A stretch of 64,000 nt of DNA from Candidatus Bathyarchaeota archaeon (lineage in GTDB: Archaea > Thermoproteota > Bathyarchaeia > Bathyarchaeales > Bathycorpusculaceae), in assembly GCA_963770935.1 (NCBI GenBank), contig CAVYRJ010000007.1, positions 1 through 64,000 of the forward strand, given 5' to 3'. Each line of letters opens with the position of its first letter. The first letter of the stretch is position 1. The notes beneath the pieces are model-generated. The model saw only the letters and a list, made by a program, of their open reading frames with translations, was not told the origin of the DNA and ran no database searches. Position numbers and translations under genes: made by a program. Below are positions 27,668 through 39,557 of this stretch, piece after piece.

Positions 27668-29014
27668 ATGGCACTCGACAAATTAGGTTCCTCGTTAACC
27701 TCCGCCATAAAGAAGCTGTTTAAGGCTGGTGTAGTAGACGAAGCTGCAGTGAAAGAACTTGTCCGCGACATCCAACGCGCTTTGCTCCAAGCTGACGTTA
27801 ACGTTCAGCTTGTTCTGGAAATCTCTAAACGCATCGAAGAACGCGCTTTAAAGGAAAAAGTGCCTCCGGGAATTTCCCGGCGTGAACACGTAATAAAAGT
27901 TGTTTATGAAGAATTAACTCGCTTTGTAGGCGACAAACCAGTTCCGCTAAAGGTGGAGCCAGGCAAAAAGAAAATAATCATGCTTGTCGGCATACAAGGC
28001 TCAGGAAAAACAACGCACGCAGCTAAGTTATCTAAGTATTTCCAAAAGCGAGGTTTAAAGGTTGGTTTGATTTGTGCTGACACTTATCGCCCGGGCGCTT
28101 TTGCACAGCTTCAGCAGTTAGCGGCTAGAATTAACATTCCTCTGTACGGCGAGGCAAAAGCCAAAGACCCCGTTAAAGTCGTCAAAGAAGGCCTCAAGCA
28201 ATTCACTGACAAAGACCTCATAATCGTTGACACCGCTGGTCGCCACAAAGAAGAGAAGGATTTAATCAAGGAAATGAAGGACCTTGAAAAACACGTCAAA
28301 CCCGACGAAGTCATTATGGTGATTGACGGTACCATAGGTCAACAAGCCCTTGCACAGGCAAAAACCTTCCATGAAGCAACCCCGATTGGCGCAATCATCG
28401 TCACCAAACTTGATGGTTCCTCACGCGGCGGAGGCGCATTATCCGCGGTTGCAGCCACTGGCGCACCCATAAAATTCATCGGCACAGGCGAAAAAGTTGA
28501 GGATCTCGAAGCTTTCATTCCTTCACGCTTTGTCGGTCGACTCTTGGGCATGGGCGACTTAGAAACTCTGCTGGAAAAAGTCAAAGACGCTGAAATCAAC
28601 GTTCCTCAAAAGAAAGCCAAAGACATCATGAGCGGTAATTTTACCCTAACTGATATGTACGAGCAATTCCAAGCGGTTAAAAAAATGGGGCCTTTCGGCA
28701 AAGTGCTCAAGATGATTCCTGGAATGTCTACCGATGTGCCCGAAGAAATGCTAAACACAGCTGAAGGTCGTCTTGACAAATGGGGCATAATAATCCAATC
28801 CATGACGCCTGCCGAAAAAGAGAACCCTAAACTTTTAAACTCTTCGCGGGCAAGACGCATCGCTCACGGTTCAGGAACAACCGAAAAAGACGTCAAAGAA
28901 CTCCTCAAACAATATGTTATGATGAGGAAGATGCTAAAGATGTTTAAGCACAAAAAGAAGCTGCCCTTCGGATTAGGCGGCAAAGGAATGGGAATGCTGC
29001 CAGGCATGAAGTAG
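27668..29014 (+). CDS. srp54: Signal recognition particle protein SRP54
   Basis: GIQGSGKTT, DTAGRH, TKLDG, RLLGMGD, Met-rich M domain. Confidence 0.97.
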   Translation: MALDKLGSSLTSAIKKLFKAGVVDEAAVKELVRDIQRALLQADVNVQLVLEISKRIEERALKEKVPPGISRREHVIKVVYEELTRFVGDKPVPLKVEPGKKKIIMLVGIQGSGKTTHAAKLSKYFQKRGLKVGLICADTYRPGAFAQLQQLAARINIPLYGEAKAKDPVKVVKEGLKQFTDKDLIIVDTAGRHKEEKDLIKEMKDLEKHVKPDEVIMVIDGTIGQQALAQAKTFHEATPIGAIIVTKLDGSSRGGGALSAVAATGAPIKFIGTGEKVEDLEAFIPSRFVGRLLGMGDLETLLEKVKDAEINVPQKKAKDIMSGNFTLTDMYEQFQAVKKMGPFGKVLKMIPGMSTDVPEEMLNTAEGRLDKWGIIIQSMTPAEKENPKLLNSSRARRIAHGSGTTEKDVKELLKQYVMMRKMLKMFKHKKKLPFGLGGKGMGMLPGMK

Positions 29015-29024
29015 GCTAAACGGA

Positions 29025-30362
29025 ATGGATGTTTTAAAAAAAGCCTTTGAAATTCTCAGCAAATACCCGCTCTGCGACCATTGCTTGGGTAGACAGTTTG
29101 CATTGCTCGGTTACAGTATGGAAAACAATATTCGCGGTCAATCCCTAAAAGTCAGCTTAACCCTTCAAGCCAACGACCTTTCAGCAGAAAAAAACGCCGA
29201 AGGGATAAAGCACCTTAAAGTTCTGGCATCTAACGGGTTTTCCAGAGAAGCCCAAGAAACCCTAAAACACCTAAAGAAAAGGCTTCCAAAAAAGGACGAC
29301 GCCATCAAGTGTAGTCTCTGTGATGGCAAATTTAAGATAGTTGATAGCCTAACCCAAAAAGCCATAGCAGCAATCGCAGACTACGAGTTCACAACCTTTC
29401 TTGTCGGGATTGAATTGCCCTTAAAGGTTGAGGAACGCGAGGATGAGTTTAAGGCTGCTGTTAACGTTGGTTATGGCGAGAGCATGAAACATGAATTCGG
29501 GCGCTTGCTTGGCAAAGCAGTTGCTAAACGTACAGGCAAAGAAGCAGACTACCTAAAGCCTGATCTTGTGATAGTTTTCAACCCGTTCCTGGAGAGAGTT
29601 CGCCTCCAAGTTAACCCTCTTTTCGTTTCTGGCAGATACCGTAAGCTGGTACGGACTATTCCTCAGTCGAAATGGTTCTGTTCAGACTGCCGTGGCAGAG
29701 GTTGCGAGAAATGCGGCGGAACTGGAAAATTGTACCCTGAATCGGTTGAGGAGCTATCTTCTAAAGCGTTGCTTGAGACAACTCAGGGAGCGGAGGCGTT
29801 TTTGCATGCTTCAGGACGCGAAGACATAGATGCGCGAATGCTTGGAAGCGGTAGACCATTTGTGATTGAGGTTTCAAACCCTAAGAAGAGATTTGTTGAT
29901 TTGAAGCAGATTGAGATACAGATTAACGCTGGCGCGGTTGGGAAAGTTGAGGTTTCAGGTTTACGCTTTGCTACCAAAGATGTTGTTAGGCGCCTTAAGA
30001 AAGGCGAGAACGCCCAGAAAGAATACGCCCTGTTGGCTGAATTTGAGAATGAATTATCAGACCAAGATTTGCACATGATTGAAGAGAAGCTATCTGGCGT
30101 CTGTATTAAACAGCAGACGCCTCTTCGTGTTTTGCATCGAAGGGCAGATTTAATCCGAGAAAAGTACATATATCAGGTTAAAGTTAAGAAGGTGTCGCTT
30201 AAGAGGGCTCTGCTGGAAATTCGTTGTCAGGGAGGGCTCTATGTTAAAGAATTGGTGTCTGGAGATGAAGAAAGAACAGTGCCGAACGTTTCGGATTTGC
30301 TCAACAACAGAGCGAAGACGCTTAAGCTTGACGTTCTAAATGTAATAATGGATGATAATTAA
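29025..30362 (+). CDS. pus10: tRNA pseudouridine(54/55) synthase Pus10
   Basis: CDHCLGRQF, GRYRKL, SGREDIDARMLG, GGLYVKELVSGD. Confidence 0.95.
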   Translation: MDVLKKAFEILSKYPLCDHCLGRQFALLGYSMENNIRGQSLKVSLTLQANDLSAEKNAEGIKHLKVLASNGFSREAQETLKHLKKRLPKKDDAIKCSLCDGKFKIVDSLTQKAIAAIADYEFTTFLVGIELPLKVEEREDEFKAAVNVGYGESMKHEFGRLLGKAVAKRTGKEADYLKPDLVIVFNPFLERVRLQVNPLFVSGRYRKLVRTIPQSKWFCSDCRGRGCEKCGGTGKLYPESVEELSSKALLETTQGAEAFLHASGREDIDARMLGSGRPFVIEVSNPKKRFVDLKQIEIQINAGAVGKVEVSGLRFATKDVVRRLKKGENAQKEYALLAEFENELSDQDLHMIEEKLSGVCIKQQTPLRVLHRRADLIREKYIYQVKVKKVSLKRALLEIRCQGGLYVKELVSGDEERTVPNVSDLLNNRAKTLKLDVLNVIMDDN

Positions 30363-30375
30363 GGGTGAAAATTAG

Positions 30376-30672
30376 ATGAGAGGTTCAAAAGGATACTACA
30401 CTGGAACTCGCAGTCTACTGCGCAAGCCAACTCGTGCCAAAGGTAAACCACACATTGGTAAGGTACTTCAAGATTATACTCCGGGTTCTCAAGTGATTAT
30501 AAAGATGGATTCTAGTACGCAGAAGAGTATGCCTCACAAACGTTTCCATGGTAAAATCGGTGTAATAGTGGAAAAACGTGGTCGTGGATACGTTGTTAGC
30601 GTTCCACAAGGTAACGCGATAAAAGAAATCATTACTCGCTCAGAGCATCTTGAGCCTTATACTGGTAAGTGA
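30376..30672 (+). CDS. rpl21e: 50S ribosomal protein L21e
   Basis: SKGY..GTRSLLRK, MPHKRFHGKIG, EHL. Confidence 0.95.
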   Translation: MRGSKGYYTGTRSLLRKPTRAKGKPHIGKVLQDYTPGSQVIIKMDSSTQKSMPHKRFHGKIGVIVEKRGRGYVVSVPQGNAIKEIITRSEHLEPYTGK

Positions 30673-30676
30673 GAAG

Positions 30677-31015
30677 ATGAGCAAAAGAGAAGTAAGCGAA
30701 AGCCGCTTAACGCTACCTCAAGTTAAGAAGGTTCTGGAATCCGTCGGTGAAGAAAACCTTGACCAGTTTCAACGCCGAACACTCGATTACGTAAGTAAAT
30801 TCTCCAAATGTGAGCCAGATAAAGCTGAAGAACTCTTGCAAATACTTCTCAAAGAATACGAACTTGATGAGGCAGAAGCAGTTCAAATTATCAATTGTAT
30901 GCCCGAAACCGTTGACGAGTTGAGAGTGTTCTTGGCAGGTGGACGCAAAATAATCGAAACCTCGAAATTACACATAATTGTCGAGCTTTTGAACGAGAAC
31001 CGAACATTGAAGTAG
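30677..31015 (+). CDS. rpoF: RNA polymerase subunit Rpo4 (F)
   Basis: QRRTLDYVSKFSK, QIINCMPETVDELR; conserved position after rpl21e. Confidence 0.92.
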   Translation: MSKREVSESRLTLPQVKKVLESVGEENLDQFQRRTLDYVSKFSKCEPDKAEELLQILLKEYELDEAEAVQIINCMPETVDELRVFLAGGRKIIETSKLHIIVELLNENRTLK

Positions 31016-31073
31016 CGGGAAGCCAACAAGTATTTTTAAGCAGTAAGCGAGAATAGTCTAGCGGACGGACTCA

Positions 31074-31649
31074 GTGAATGTTATGGAAAAGCGGTATGAA
31101 GAGCACGCTTACGTGTTAGATTTCCTTCAGCACGGCAAGCCAGGATTTCGCCCGACAGGACGGGCAGGTTACCGAGCGGGAGCTCTAATTCAGTGTCTAG
31201 GTGAAGAATTCTTTACCCTTCTGGAGGCTTTGGTCAAGGAGGATCTGCTCCTTAAGCCGGGTGACCGCGTTTATGTGGGAAAAGATTCCCGTGAAGAAGT
31301 TACCTACATTATAGGCAGAATTGGCTTTGAAGAATTAACCGCTTCAGCGAAAGCTGAACTTCCCAGCGTAATAAGCAAAATAGTGGCGAACCGGGAAAAA
31401 TGGTTTGTCAACTTCTTCAACACCACACGAGCGATTACTCCTCGAATGCATGCATTGGAGCTTGTTCCAGGTATCGGCAAAAAATACATGTGGCAAGTCA
31501 TTAACCAGCGTGAACGGAAACCGTTTGAAAGCTTTGAGGATTTACAGAAGCGCACCGAATTGCCAAACCCAGTAAAGTTGATTACGAAGCGGGTTATGGA
31601 AGAGCTTGAGGGTGACAGCAAGTACCGGTTGTTCACACGGGCGCAGTAA
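31074..31649 (+). CDS. DUF655 family protein
   Basis: YVLDFL..G, GEEFFTLLE, ITPRMHALELVPGIGKK. Confidence 0.92.
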   Translation: MNVMEKRYEEHAYVLDFLQHGKPGFRPTGRAGYRAGALIQCLGEEFFTLLEALVKEDLLLKPGDRVYVGKDSREEVTYIIGRIGFEELTASAKAELPSVISKIVANREKWFVNFFNTTRAITPRMHALELVPGIGKKYMWQVINQRERKPFESFEDLQKRTELPNPVKLITKRVMEELEGDSKYRLFTRAQ

Positions 31650-31659
31650 AGGCATAGCG

Positions 31660-32481
31660 ATGAGCTTTGAGGAAACGAAGCAGCTGCTTCGAACCCATCG
31701 AATTTTCCCGAATAAGCTTTTAGGGCAAAACTTTATGGTTGAGCCCTCGCTCTATCCCAAACTTTGCATCTATGCAGCCCTTGGCAAACTTGATGTGGTA
31801 TTGGATGCTGGTGCAGGCTTCGGTTGGTTACCGTGTTTTTTGGCTGATAAATGCAGGGCTGTAGTTGCTGTTGAGAAAGACCCGCAAATTGCTGCAGTGC
31901 TTCGTGAACAAATTACAGGCTTGGACAATGTGATTGTGGTTGAAGGCGACGTGTTGAAAGTTTCGTTGCCTAAATTCAACAAGGTCATAGCAATTCCGCC
32001 TTACTACTTGTCTTCGAATTTGGTGTTTTGGCTTTTAGAGCGGAATATTGATATTGCGGTTATGATCTTGCAAAAAGAATTTGCCCGCCGTACTGTAGCA
32101 CCAGTAGGCAGTGAAGAATACAGTTGGTTAACGGTTATCCTAAGTCAGAGAGCGGAAATTGAGCTCTTAGATATTGTGCCCAAAAAAATGTTTTATCCTC
32201 AGCCAGAAGTAGATTCAATAATGCTTAAGCTAAACTTTCTGCGCGCCAAACCGTTCGAAGTAAAGGATGCAGCTTTTTTCGTACGAATAACAAAGTGGCT
32301 TTTTACACAGCGAAATAAAAAGTTAGGCAAAGCGGTTACACCCTTCATTAGGGACCGCTTCAAGCTGAAAAAGCAGGAAGCCGAGAAACAAGCACTTAGT
32401 TTGCCGTTCCATGAGAGGCGAGTGAGAGAATTATCCCCAAAAGATTTTGGAGAAGTAGCAAATGCCTTATCCAACCACTAA
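31660..32481 (+). CDS. rsmA: 16S rRNA dimethyltransferase KsgA/Dim1
   Basis: LGQNF, DAGAGFG, VEKD, PPYY, FYPQPEVDS. Confidence 0.9.
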   Translation: MSFEETKQLLRTHRIFPNKLLGQNFMVEPSLYPKLCIYAALGKLDVVLDAGAGFGWLPCFLADKCRAVVAVEKDPQIAAVLREQITGLDNVIVVEGDVLKVSLPKFNKVIAIPPYYLSSNLVFWLLERNIDIAVMILQKEFARRTVAPVGSEEYSWLTVILSQRAEIELLDIVPKKMFYPQPEVDSIMLKLNFLRAKPFEVKDAAFFVRITKWLFTQRNKKLGKAVTPFIRDRFKLKKQEAEKQALSLPFHERRVRELSPKDFGEVANALSNH

Positions 32482-33085
32482 GAGAATTCGCTTTGACGAT
32501 TATGTTTTTGATTTAAATGATGATGTTTACGAACCTGCTGAAGATACCTTTCTTTTCGCCGAAAACCTTTCCGTTAGGGAAGGCGAAACGGTTTTAGATG
32601 TTGGCACTGGATGCGGATTGCTTGGCATATTAGCCGCGAGGAGAGCCTGCATCGTCGTTGCTGTTGACCTAAATCCGTACGCGATTCGCTGTGCAAAAGA
32701 AAATTCAATCCTTAATTGTGTGAGCGGTAAAATCGATTTTGTTCAAACAAGCCTTTTTACGGCTCTAAACTTAAAAGCATCCTTTGACTTGATCCTGTTT
32801 AATGCTCCTTACTTGCCTTCAAATGAAGATGAGACGAAAACATGGATTGGGCGCTCGTGGGCAGGAGGAACAAATGGAAGGAAAGTAGTTGATTGTTTTA
32901 TTTCCGAAGTACCTCATTATTTGAAGCCAAGCGGGCGGGTTCTCTTAATGCAGTCCACGCTTACAGGAGTAAAAGAAACCATTCAAAAATTCAGTTCACA
33001 GGGACTTAACGCAAATGTGAAAGCGGAGTGTAAACTTCCTTTCTTTGAAACCTTAACCCTTATAGAAGCCAAAACAGATGTGTAG
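32462..33085 (+). CDS. HemK2/PrmC-like methyltransferase
   Basis: VYEPAEDT, LDVGTGCG, FNAPYLP, GGTNGR. Confidence 0.9.
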   Translation: MPYPTTKRIRFDDYVFDLNDDVYEPAEDTFLFAENLSVREGETVLDVGTGCGLLGILAARRACIVVAVDLNPYAIRCAKENSILNCVSGKIDFVQTSLFTALNLKASFDLILFNAPYLPSNEDETKTWIGRSWAGGTNGRKVVDCFISEVPHYLKPSGRVLLMQSTLTGVKETIQKFSSQGLNANVKAECKLPFFETLTLIEAKTDV

Positions 33086-33135
33086 ACGAAACAATTTAAA
33101 GCCAGAAACCAACTCAATAAGTATTGGTGTATGCT

Positions 33136-33465
33136 ATGACGATTTGGTTTTATGTCAAAACTGATGAAGACCCAAAAGCTGTAGGGGACATTGTCTGTGC
33201 CTTCAACTTCATGCAGGGGCAACATCCTGAGGATAAGTACTCTTGGGTTATTGAGCCTGGACGCGATGAACCTGGCTACTGGGAAATCAAGGGCAAATAT
33301 GCTGCCTTAAAGGATGTCACAATCATATGTATCGTTTATAGAATCGGCGATACTGTGGTTTTTGCTGAAATCGACGACGACTTGTCCCCAAACTTTATCG
33401 ACCCACTAGTAGCCAAGTATGGGTTTGATAATGTCAAGTGGTTTGTTGTCCCCACAAAAGGATAG
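33136..33465 (+). CDS. Hypothetical protein
   Basis: Clean ORF of about 109 aa filling the gap; no recognised motif. Confidence 0.55.
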   Translation: MTIWFYVKTDEDPKAVGDIVCAFNFMQGQHPEDKYSWVIEPGRDEPGYWEIKGKYAALKDVTIICIVYRIGDTVVFAEIDDDLSPNFIDPLVAKYGFDNVKWFVVPTKG

Positions 33466-33482
33466 GTTAGTGCCTATCCTTC

Positions 33483-33967
33483 TTATTGCTTGTCGTATTT
33501 TTCGACTTCAGGATTCATTATACAAAGCTCTATGCCTGCTTGCTTAAACATTTCAATAGTATCCGCATCAGCATGGTACCTTTTCTCGCAGACCACACGT
33601 TTGATTCCAGCGTTAATTATTATCATAGCACAGGTGCGACAAGGAGTCATTTTACAGAAAAGCGTGGTTCCCTCAAGGGGATACCAAATCTTGCAGCTTG
33701 GATAATTGCGTTTTGCTCTGCATGCAGCGTCCGAACACAATGCTGGGTGACTTCTCCGTTGGAGTTGAATACTTTGCGCAAATCATGCCCTGCTTCGTCG
33801 CAATGCGGCAAACCTGCAGGAGCACCAACATACCCTGTAGTCATGATTCGTTTGTCCTTGACAATGACACAACCGCTTCTTCCGCGGTCACATGTTGCAC
33901 GCCTAGCCACTGCTTCACACATGTCCAAAAAGTACCTGTCCCAATTGGGTCTTGAACCATTACTCAC
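33483..33967 (-). CDS. dCMP deaminase (ComEB family), one frameshift near 33675
   Basis: RPNWDRYF, RATCDRG, LHAEQNAI in one frame; PCRTCA..IINAGI in the next; one base missing at GIPL/EG. Confidence 0.88.
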
Positions 33968-34038
33968 TTTATTGCCTCAACCGTTTTAGAACATAGTTTA
34001 TTAAACAAATTAATAAATTGTATCTGAAGCTAAACCGT

Positions 34039-35338
34039 TTATTTCTCAAGGATGTGGATTTCTCTGCCAACCATGTGGCGCTCATCCATTTCAACCAAGG
34101 ATGAAGTGTTAATTAACCGTTCAAGTCCACCTGCGCTTTGCGAGAACATTTCTTTCGTAAAAGCATAATAAACTTTAAACCCAAGTTGCTCAAGCTTCTC
34201 ACCAATAGGCATAGTCACTGATTGCCCCGAACGCGTTTTAATGTATGGAGTAACCAACACTAAACGTCCACCGGGCATTAAAGCTCTATATGCTTGTTCC
34301 AAGAAACCGAAATACAGCGGTTCCAGCTTCTCAATAATTTTTTCCGCGTATGGACCAGTTGGCACCTGCCGCAAGGCTGGACCCAAATCAGGTTCACAAA
34401 CAATACAATCAACCGCTTCCTGACCAATCTTCTCCACTAACTTGCTAACGTCTCCTTGCAGAACCCTAAAATCCGAACCCTCAAGCCCATATTCCCGTAC
34501 TAACCACTCAAGGTTTTCGCTTGCGGCTTTAACACACCAAGGGTTAACATCCATGCCCACAACCATTGCCTTCTCCAATAACGCTTCCTGAAGAATCGTG
34601 CCAACGCCGCAGAATGGATCGAGCAACACCAATCCAGGCGCACACGCAGACAAGTTAACCATAATTCTTGCTATCCTAGGAGGCATCCCGAAGATTTTTC
34701 GTTGATTAGGCTTGTAAATGTCTCTTTTCTGGAACTCAAAGGGGTTATGCACCGCAACCGTTGTTGCAACAAATGTTTCGTTTCTACCTATGCAGAATAA
34801 TACCTCTGCTTTGTTTTCAACTAAATTCTTCTTTAACACTTCAACGTGGCTTAGCTGAGCTTGTTTGCGGTCGTTGGAAAATCCCATGAACTTTGATTTT
34901 TTACCTAAATCAGCCAACTCATCCTTAAGAGCGCTTCCGACAAACCGCTGGATACCCATAGACGATGACCTGAGGCGTGCTTTCAGTGCAGTATACGCTA
35001 ACTCCAAATAACACCTTCTCCTCAGATTTAGCAATTCCCTCAACTATACTACTCAACGCCAAAGATTCGATTATCTCCGATTTAGCTTGCTTGTTCTTTT
35101 TTAGGAACGCTTCCTTGATTGTTTCTGTTGAAAACTTTGTTTTTACTTCGCCAATTTTTATTGTTCCCCCCAAATCCATTATTATCGTCGATTCGAATTC
35201 TTTTTCAAAGGATAAAGCGAAGAATTCGCCGGAGAAAAACTGGATCTCAAACCTGATGTCTCTGGCTTTAAAGTAAGCGGTTAGCTCCGCTAATGAGAGC
35301 ATCCAATTTTTCCCTGAAATAAACAGGCATGTTGGCAT
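34039..35338 (-). CDS. Trm11/TrmG10-like tRNA methyltransferase, frameshift near 34970
   Basis: SGKN..LSLAEL, LGGTIKIG N-terminus; PPRIARIMVNL, LDPFCGVGTIL, EPDLG in second frame. Confidence 0.8.
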
Positions 35339-35506
35339 TTGGGAATCAAAAAGTAAACCTTACTATATAAGTTGATGATAGTCAACACTTGAATTTGATA
35401 TTTTAAGTAAATTAGTGGAACAGAGAAAATACACGGAAGTATCGTCGTGTATTTACAAATCGTTTAAATATTGCTGGGCGCAAATCCCTTACAAAAGGGA
35501 TGCGGC

Positions 35507-36049
35507 ATGCAAGCACGAAACTACAGGCACGTAAAAAATCGGGCCTACACGAGAAAAAAATACGCTAGAGGTTTTCCCCCACCAAAAATTGTAAAGTTCA
35601 CTATGGGGGATACAAAGGGAACCTTTGAAGTCGAAGGACAACTAATCGCACAGGAACGAGCTCAAATACGCCACAGTGCCTTAGAAGCAGCACGTGTAGC
35701 TACAAACCGTATCTTGATGGATAAACTCATAAATGATTACCTAATGGTTGTTCATCCATACCCACACATAATCCTAAGAGAAAACAAAATGATTTTTGGC
35801 GCTCACGCTGACCGACTTCAACAGGGAATGAGACGTTCCTTCGGCACAGCAATCGGCACAGCCGCAAAAGTAGAAGTAGGCCAACCCATCATAACAGTCA
35901 AAGTGAAAGCTGGTCAAGAGGCAATAGCCAAAGAATCCCTCAAAAGAGGAAGCGCAAAACTTCCAATACCATGCAAAATAGTTATCTCAAAAATTAAAAC
36001 TTCTCCAATCATGACCGAAACGGCTGAACCGGAGACGGAGACAACTTGA
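35507..36049 (+). CDS. rpl10e: 50S ribosomal protein L10e (uL16)
   Basis: QIRHSALEAARV, YPHIILRENK, ADRLQQGMRRSFG. Confidence 0.96.
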   Translation: MQARNYRHVKNRAYTRKKYARGFPPPKIVKFTMGDTKGTFEVEGQLIAQERAQIRHSALEAARVATNRILMDKLINDYLMVVHPYPHIILRENKMIFGAHADRLQQGMRRSFGTAIGTAAKVEVGQPIITVKVKAGQEAIAKESLKRGSAKLPIPCKIVISKIKTSPIMTETAEPETETT

Positions 36050-38475
36050 GCGCCAAAGAGAAAGAATTGGTTTTATGGTTTGATAATTTAAGAAACACTG
36101 ACGTATCCATTGTTGGCGGCAAGAACGCCAGCCTTGGCGAAATGATCCACGCCGCGCTACCTGTTCCTTTTGGTTTTGCGGTAACTGCTTTTTCATATGA
36201 GCGATATATTCAAGAGAAAAAAATTGCCGAACAGATTTACAAGATTATTGCGGAAACAGTCACAAACCCAAACGACCCTAGACAGTACGATACTGCATCA
36301 AAAAAAATCCGTGAACTTATAGAAAAAACTCTGATGCCTAAAGACATTGAAACCGCCATAAGGAAAGCTTACGTCGAATTAAACAAACGTTTTAACTTAA
36401 AAGACACCTTTGTCGCGGTACGGTCAAGCGCAACTGCTGAAGACTTGCCTGATGCGTCGTTTGCGGGTCAACAGGAAACTTTCCTAAACGTCAAAGGTGC
36501 AGACGACCTCATCGACAAGGTGAGGAAATGCTGGTCTAGCCTCTTTACACCAAGAGCCATATTTTACCGAACCGAGAAAGGTTTCCCACACGAAAAAGTC
36601 TTCATTAGCGTCGGTGTCCAAAAAATGGTTAACTCCCGCGCCGCAGGAGTCATGTTCACTATCAATCCAGTTACAGGTAACAGAGACGAAATCGTAATCG
36701 AAGGCAACTTCGGCTTAGGAGAAACCGTCGTCTCAGGCGCAGTTAACCCCGACGATTTCGTTGTCGACAAGAACTCGATGCTGATAAAAGAACGCCGCAT
36801 CTCACGCAAAACAGTCAAGTATGTCCGCGACCCCAAAACTGGAAAAACTGTTCACCTGGACATCCCTGAATCTGAACAAAAAACTGTCTGCATAAGCGAC
36901 CAAGAAATCAACAAACTTGCTGAACTTGCCAAGCGCATCGAGAAGCATTACGGTAAACCCATGGATATTGAATGGGCAATAGATCAAGATCTTTCTTTTC
37001 CTGAGAATATGATGTTAGTTCAAGCTCGTCCAGAAACCGTTTTCGGAACAAAAACAACGGAAGCGATCAAAAATGGAAGAAAACAAAGCTCAAGACCTAA
37101 AGGTTATAGTTCGAGGAATCTCCGCCGGCAGAAGAGGCTACGGCATCGGCAAAGCCAAAGGTTGTCCTAAACATTGAAGATGCCCACAATAGAAATGTGC
37201 AAAGGCGATGTTCTTGTTACAGGCATGACTGACCCTGACTTTGTACCCTTTATGAAAATGGCAAGCGCCATAGTCACCGACAAAGGCGGCATTACATCGC
37301 ACGCAGCCATCGTAAGCCGAGAACTCAACATCCCATGTGTTGTAGGCACTGAAAACGCTACACAAATAATGAAAACAGGCCAAGAATACACGGTGGATTC
37401 AAGAAACGGCGTTATCTACGAAGGCATAATGGCACAAGCAGTTCAACCAGCCGCATCAAACAACGGCGGCGGAGTCATGCAAGTGGCCGACGCTGCTCCC
37501 GTAACAGCTACAAAGATTTACATGAACCTCGGAACTCCCGAGATGATTGAGCAATACAAGAACTTGCCGTTTGAAGGCATCGGATTAATGCGTACAGAAT
37601 TCATCTTAGCCAGCGCCATAGGTCAACACCCAATGGCGTTTGTTGATGCAGGCCAAAGCCAACAATTCGTCGACAAACTTGCTGACGGCATCGCAACCGT
37701 TGCCCGTGCAATCCAGCCTAAACCAGTCGTGGTGCGTTTAAGCGACTTTAAAACTAACGAGTATCGAGGCTTGAAAGGTGGCGACAAATACGAAATTATC
37801 GAAGAAAACCCCATGTTGGGTTGGAGAGGATGTAGCCGCTATATAAGCAAATGGTACGACAAAGCCTTCCGACTGGAATGTCAAGCTATCAAGAAATGCC
37901 GCACCGAATGGGGGCTCAAAAACGTCTACGTTATGCTGCCCATGGTTAGAACCCTCTGGGAAGCAAAAGCTGTTCTTAAACTCATGAGCGAGGAAGGGTT
38001 AGAACGCAACAAAGACTTCAAGATCTGGTTCATGGCTGAAACACCATCAATCGGAATCATGGCTGACGAATTCAGCAAACTCGTCGACGGCTTCAGCATA
38101 GGCTCTAATGACATGACTCAAGGTGTGCTGATGATTGACCGCGACTCTGAACGGCTTGGGCAGATGGGCTATTTCGACGAACGTGACCCAGCAGTCAAAC
38201 GCATCATTGCCCACCTCATAAAAGCCGCCCACGAAAACGGATGCACCGTTTCCATCTGCGGTGAAGGACCATCGAATTTGCCTGACTTCGCAGAATTCCT
38301 CGTCCGAGTCGGCATCGACAGTATATCCGTAAACAACGATGCCGTAGTCCAAACACGCAAACACGTTGCAAGCGTCGAGCAAAAAATAATCCTTGAACGC
38401 CTCGCAGAACAAGCAGCAATAGCCCGCGGGCAACCCCTCAAGAAGCCAACCCAAGACTGGGAATGGCAGCTTTAA
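36046..38475 (+). CDS. ppsA: Phosphoenolpyruvate synthase, frameshifts in about 37070-37200
   Basis: [26 protein letters not shown]; [13 protein letters not shown] phospho-His; [19 protein letters not shown]; intervening sequence readable in a third frame. Confidence 0.92.
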
Positions 38476-38555
38476 GCCCAAAAGCCCCCTGCGACCAGTG
38501 CAACCTTTTAGTTTTATTTTTTATTATTCTCTATATACAAATATGAGGGCAGAGT

Positions 38556-39557
38556 ATGTTAGGGTTTGATTTTGAAGAGGAAAGAATAAAACAAGAAATC
38601 ACCAATCTCGCTGCCAAACGCGTTCTTCTGCAGATGCCTGAAGGATTAAAACCCCAAGCCCCCAAAATAGCAAAACTTGTCGAGAAAAGTGGCGCGGTTG
38701 CGATAATTTCAGCCGACCCATGCTACGGTGCATGCGACATTGCCATTGCTGAAGCGGAAGGTTTAGGCGTAGATTTGATTGTGCATTTTGGGCATGCGAA
38801 GATGGTTAAGCATGAACCGATTCCAACAATTTATGTGGAAGCCCGGGCAACCGTAACTGTCGACCAAGCTGTCGAACAATCCGTTACGCTCTTGAGCGAC
38901 TATACAAAAATCGGTCTGGCAACATCAGTGCAACATTTACAAATGCTCGACCAAGCAAGAGAAATCCTTGTCCGAGCTGGAAAAACCGTTATAATTGGCG
39001 ACACAGGAAAAATGGTCTACCCCGGACAAGTAAGCGGCTGCAACTACAGCAACGTAAAATCCATAACCAACGAAGTTGAAGCTTTCCTTTTTGTCGGAGG
39101 CGGAATGTTCCACGCGTTAGGCATTGCCCTGAGCACCTCTAAACCAACCATTATAGCTGACCCATATGATAACAGGGCTTACCCGATAAGTGGTGAGGCT
39201 CAAAAGATTCTCAGGCAGCGCTTTGCAAGCATCCAAGAAGCAAAAAACGCCAAGAAGTTTGGGGTTTTTGTCGGGTTAAAGCCTGGGCAAAAACATCTCG
39301 AGAGTGCCCTAAGGATTAAGGAGTTAGCGGAGAAAAATGGTAAAGCAGCATACTTGTTGGCTGCTAGGGAAATTAATCCGGAGACGCTTTTGGAATTTCC
39401 ATCCTTTGATGCTTACGTGAACACTGCTTGTCCCCGTGTTTCTCTTGAGGCAACGAGAAAGTTTGGGAAGCCTGTTTTGACGGTTAATGAGTTTATGGTG
39501 GTTTGCGGCGAATCTTCATGGGAGAACATGCTCAAAAAAGGCTTATTCGAAAACTAG
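38556..39557 (+). CDS. dph2: Diphthamide biosynthesis protein Dph2
   Basis: [31 protein letters not shown]. Confidence 0.93.
   Translation: MLGFDFEEERIKQEITNLAAKRVLLQMPEGLKPQAPKIAKLVEKSGAVAIISADPCYGACDIAIAEAEGLGVDLIVHFGHAKMVKHEPIPTIYVEARATVTVDQAVEQSVTLLSDYTKIGLATSVQHLQMLDQAREILVRAGKTVIIGDTGKMVYPGQVSGCNYSNVKSITNEVEAFLFVGGGMFHALGIALSTSKPTIIADPYDNRAYPISGEAQKILRQRFASIQEAKNAKKFGVFVGLKPGQKHLESALRIKELAEKNGKAAYLLAAREINPETLLEFPSFDAYVNTACPRVSLEATRKFGKPVLTVNEFMVVCGESSWENMLKKGLFEN

Noticed and set aside
37070-37200. Programmed frameshift or natural split of ppsA
   Set aside because: Several shifts close together, some in A-runs, in a window with many other indels; sequence error is simpler
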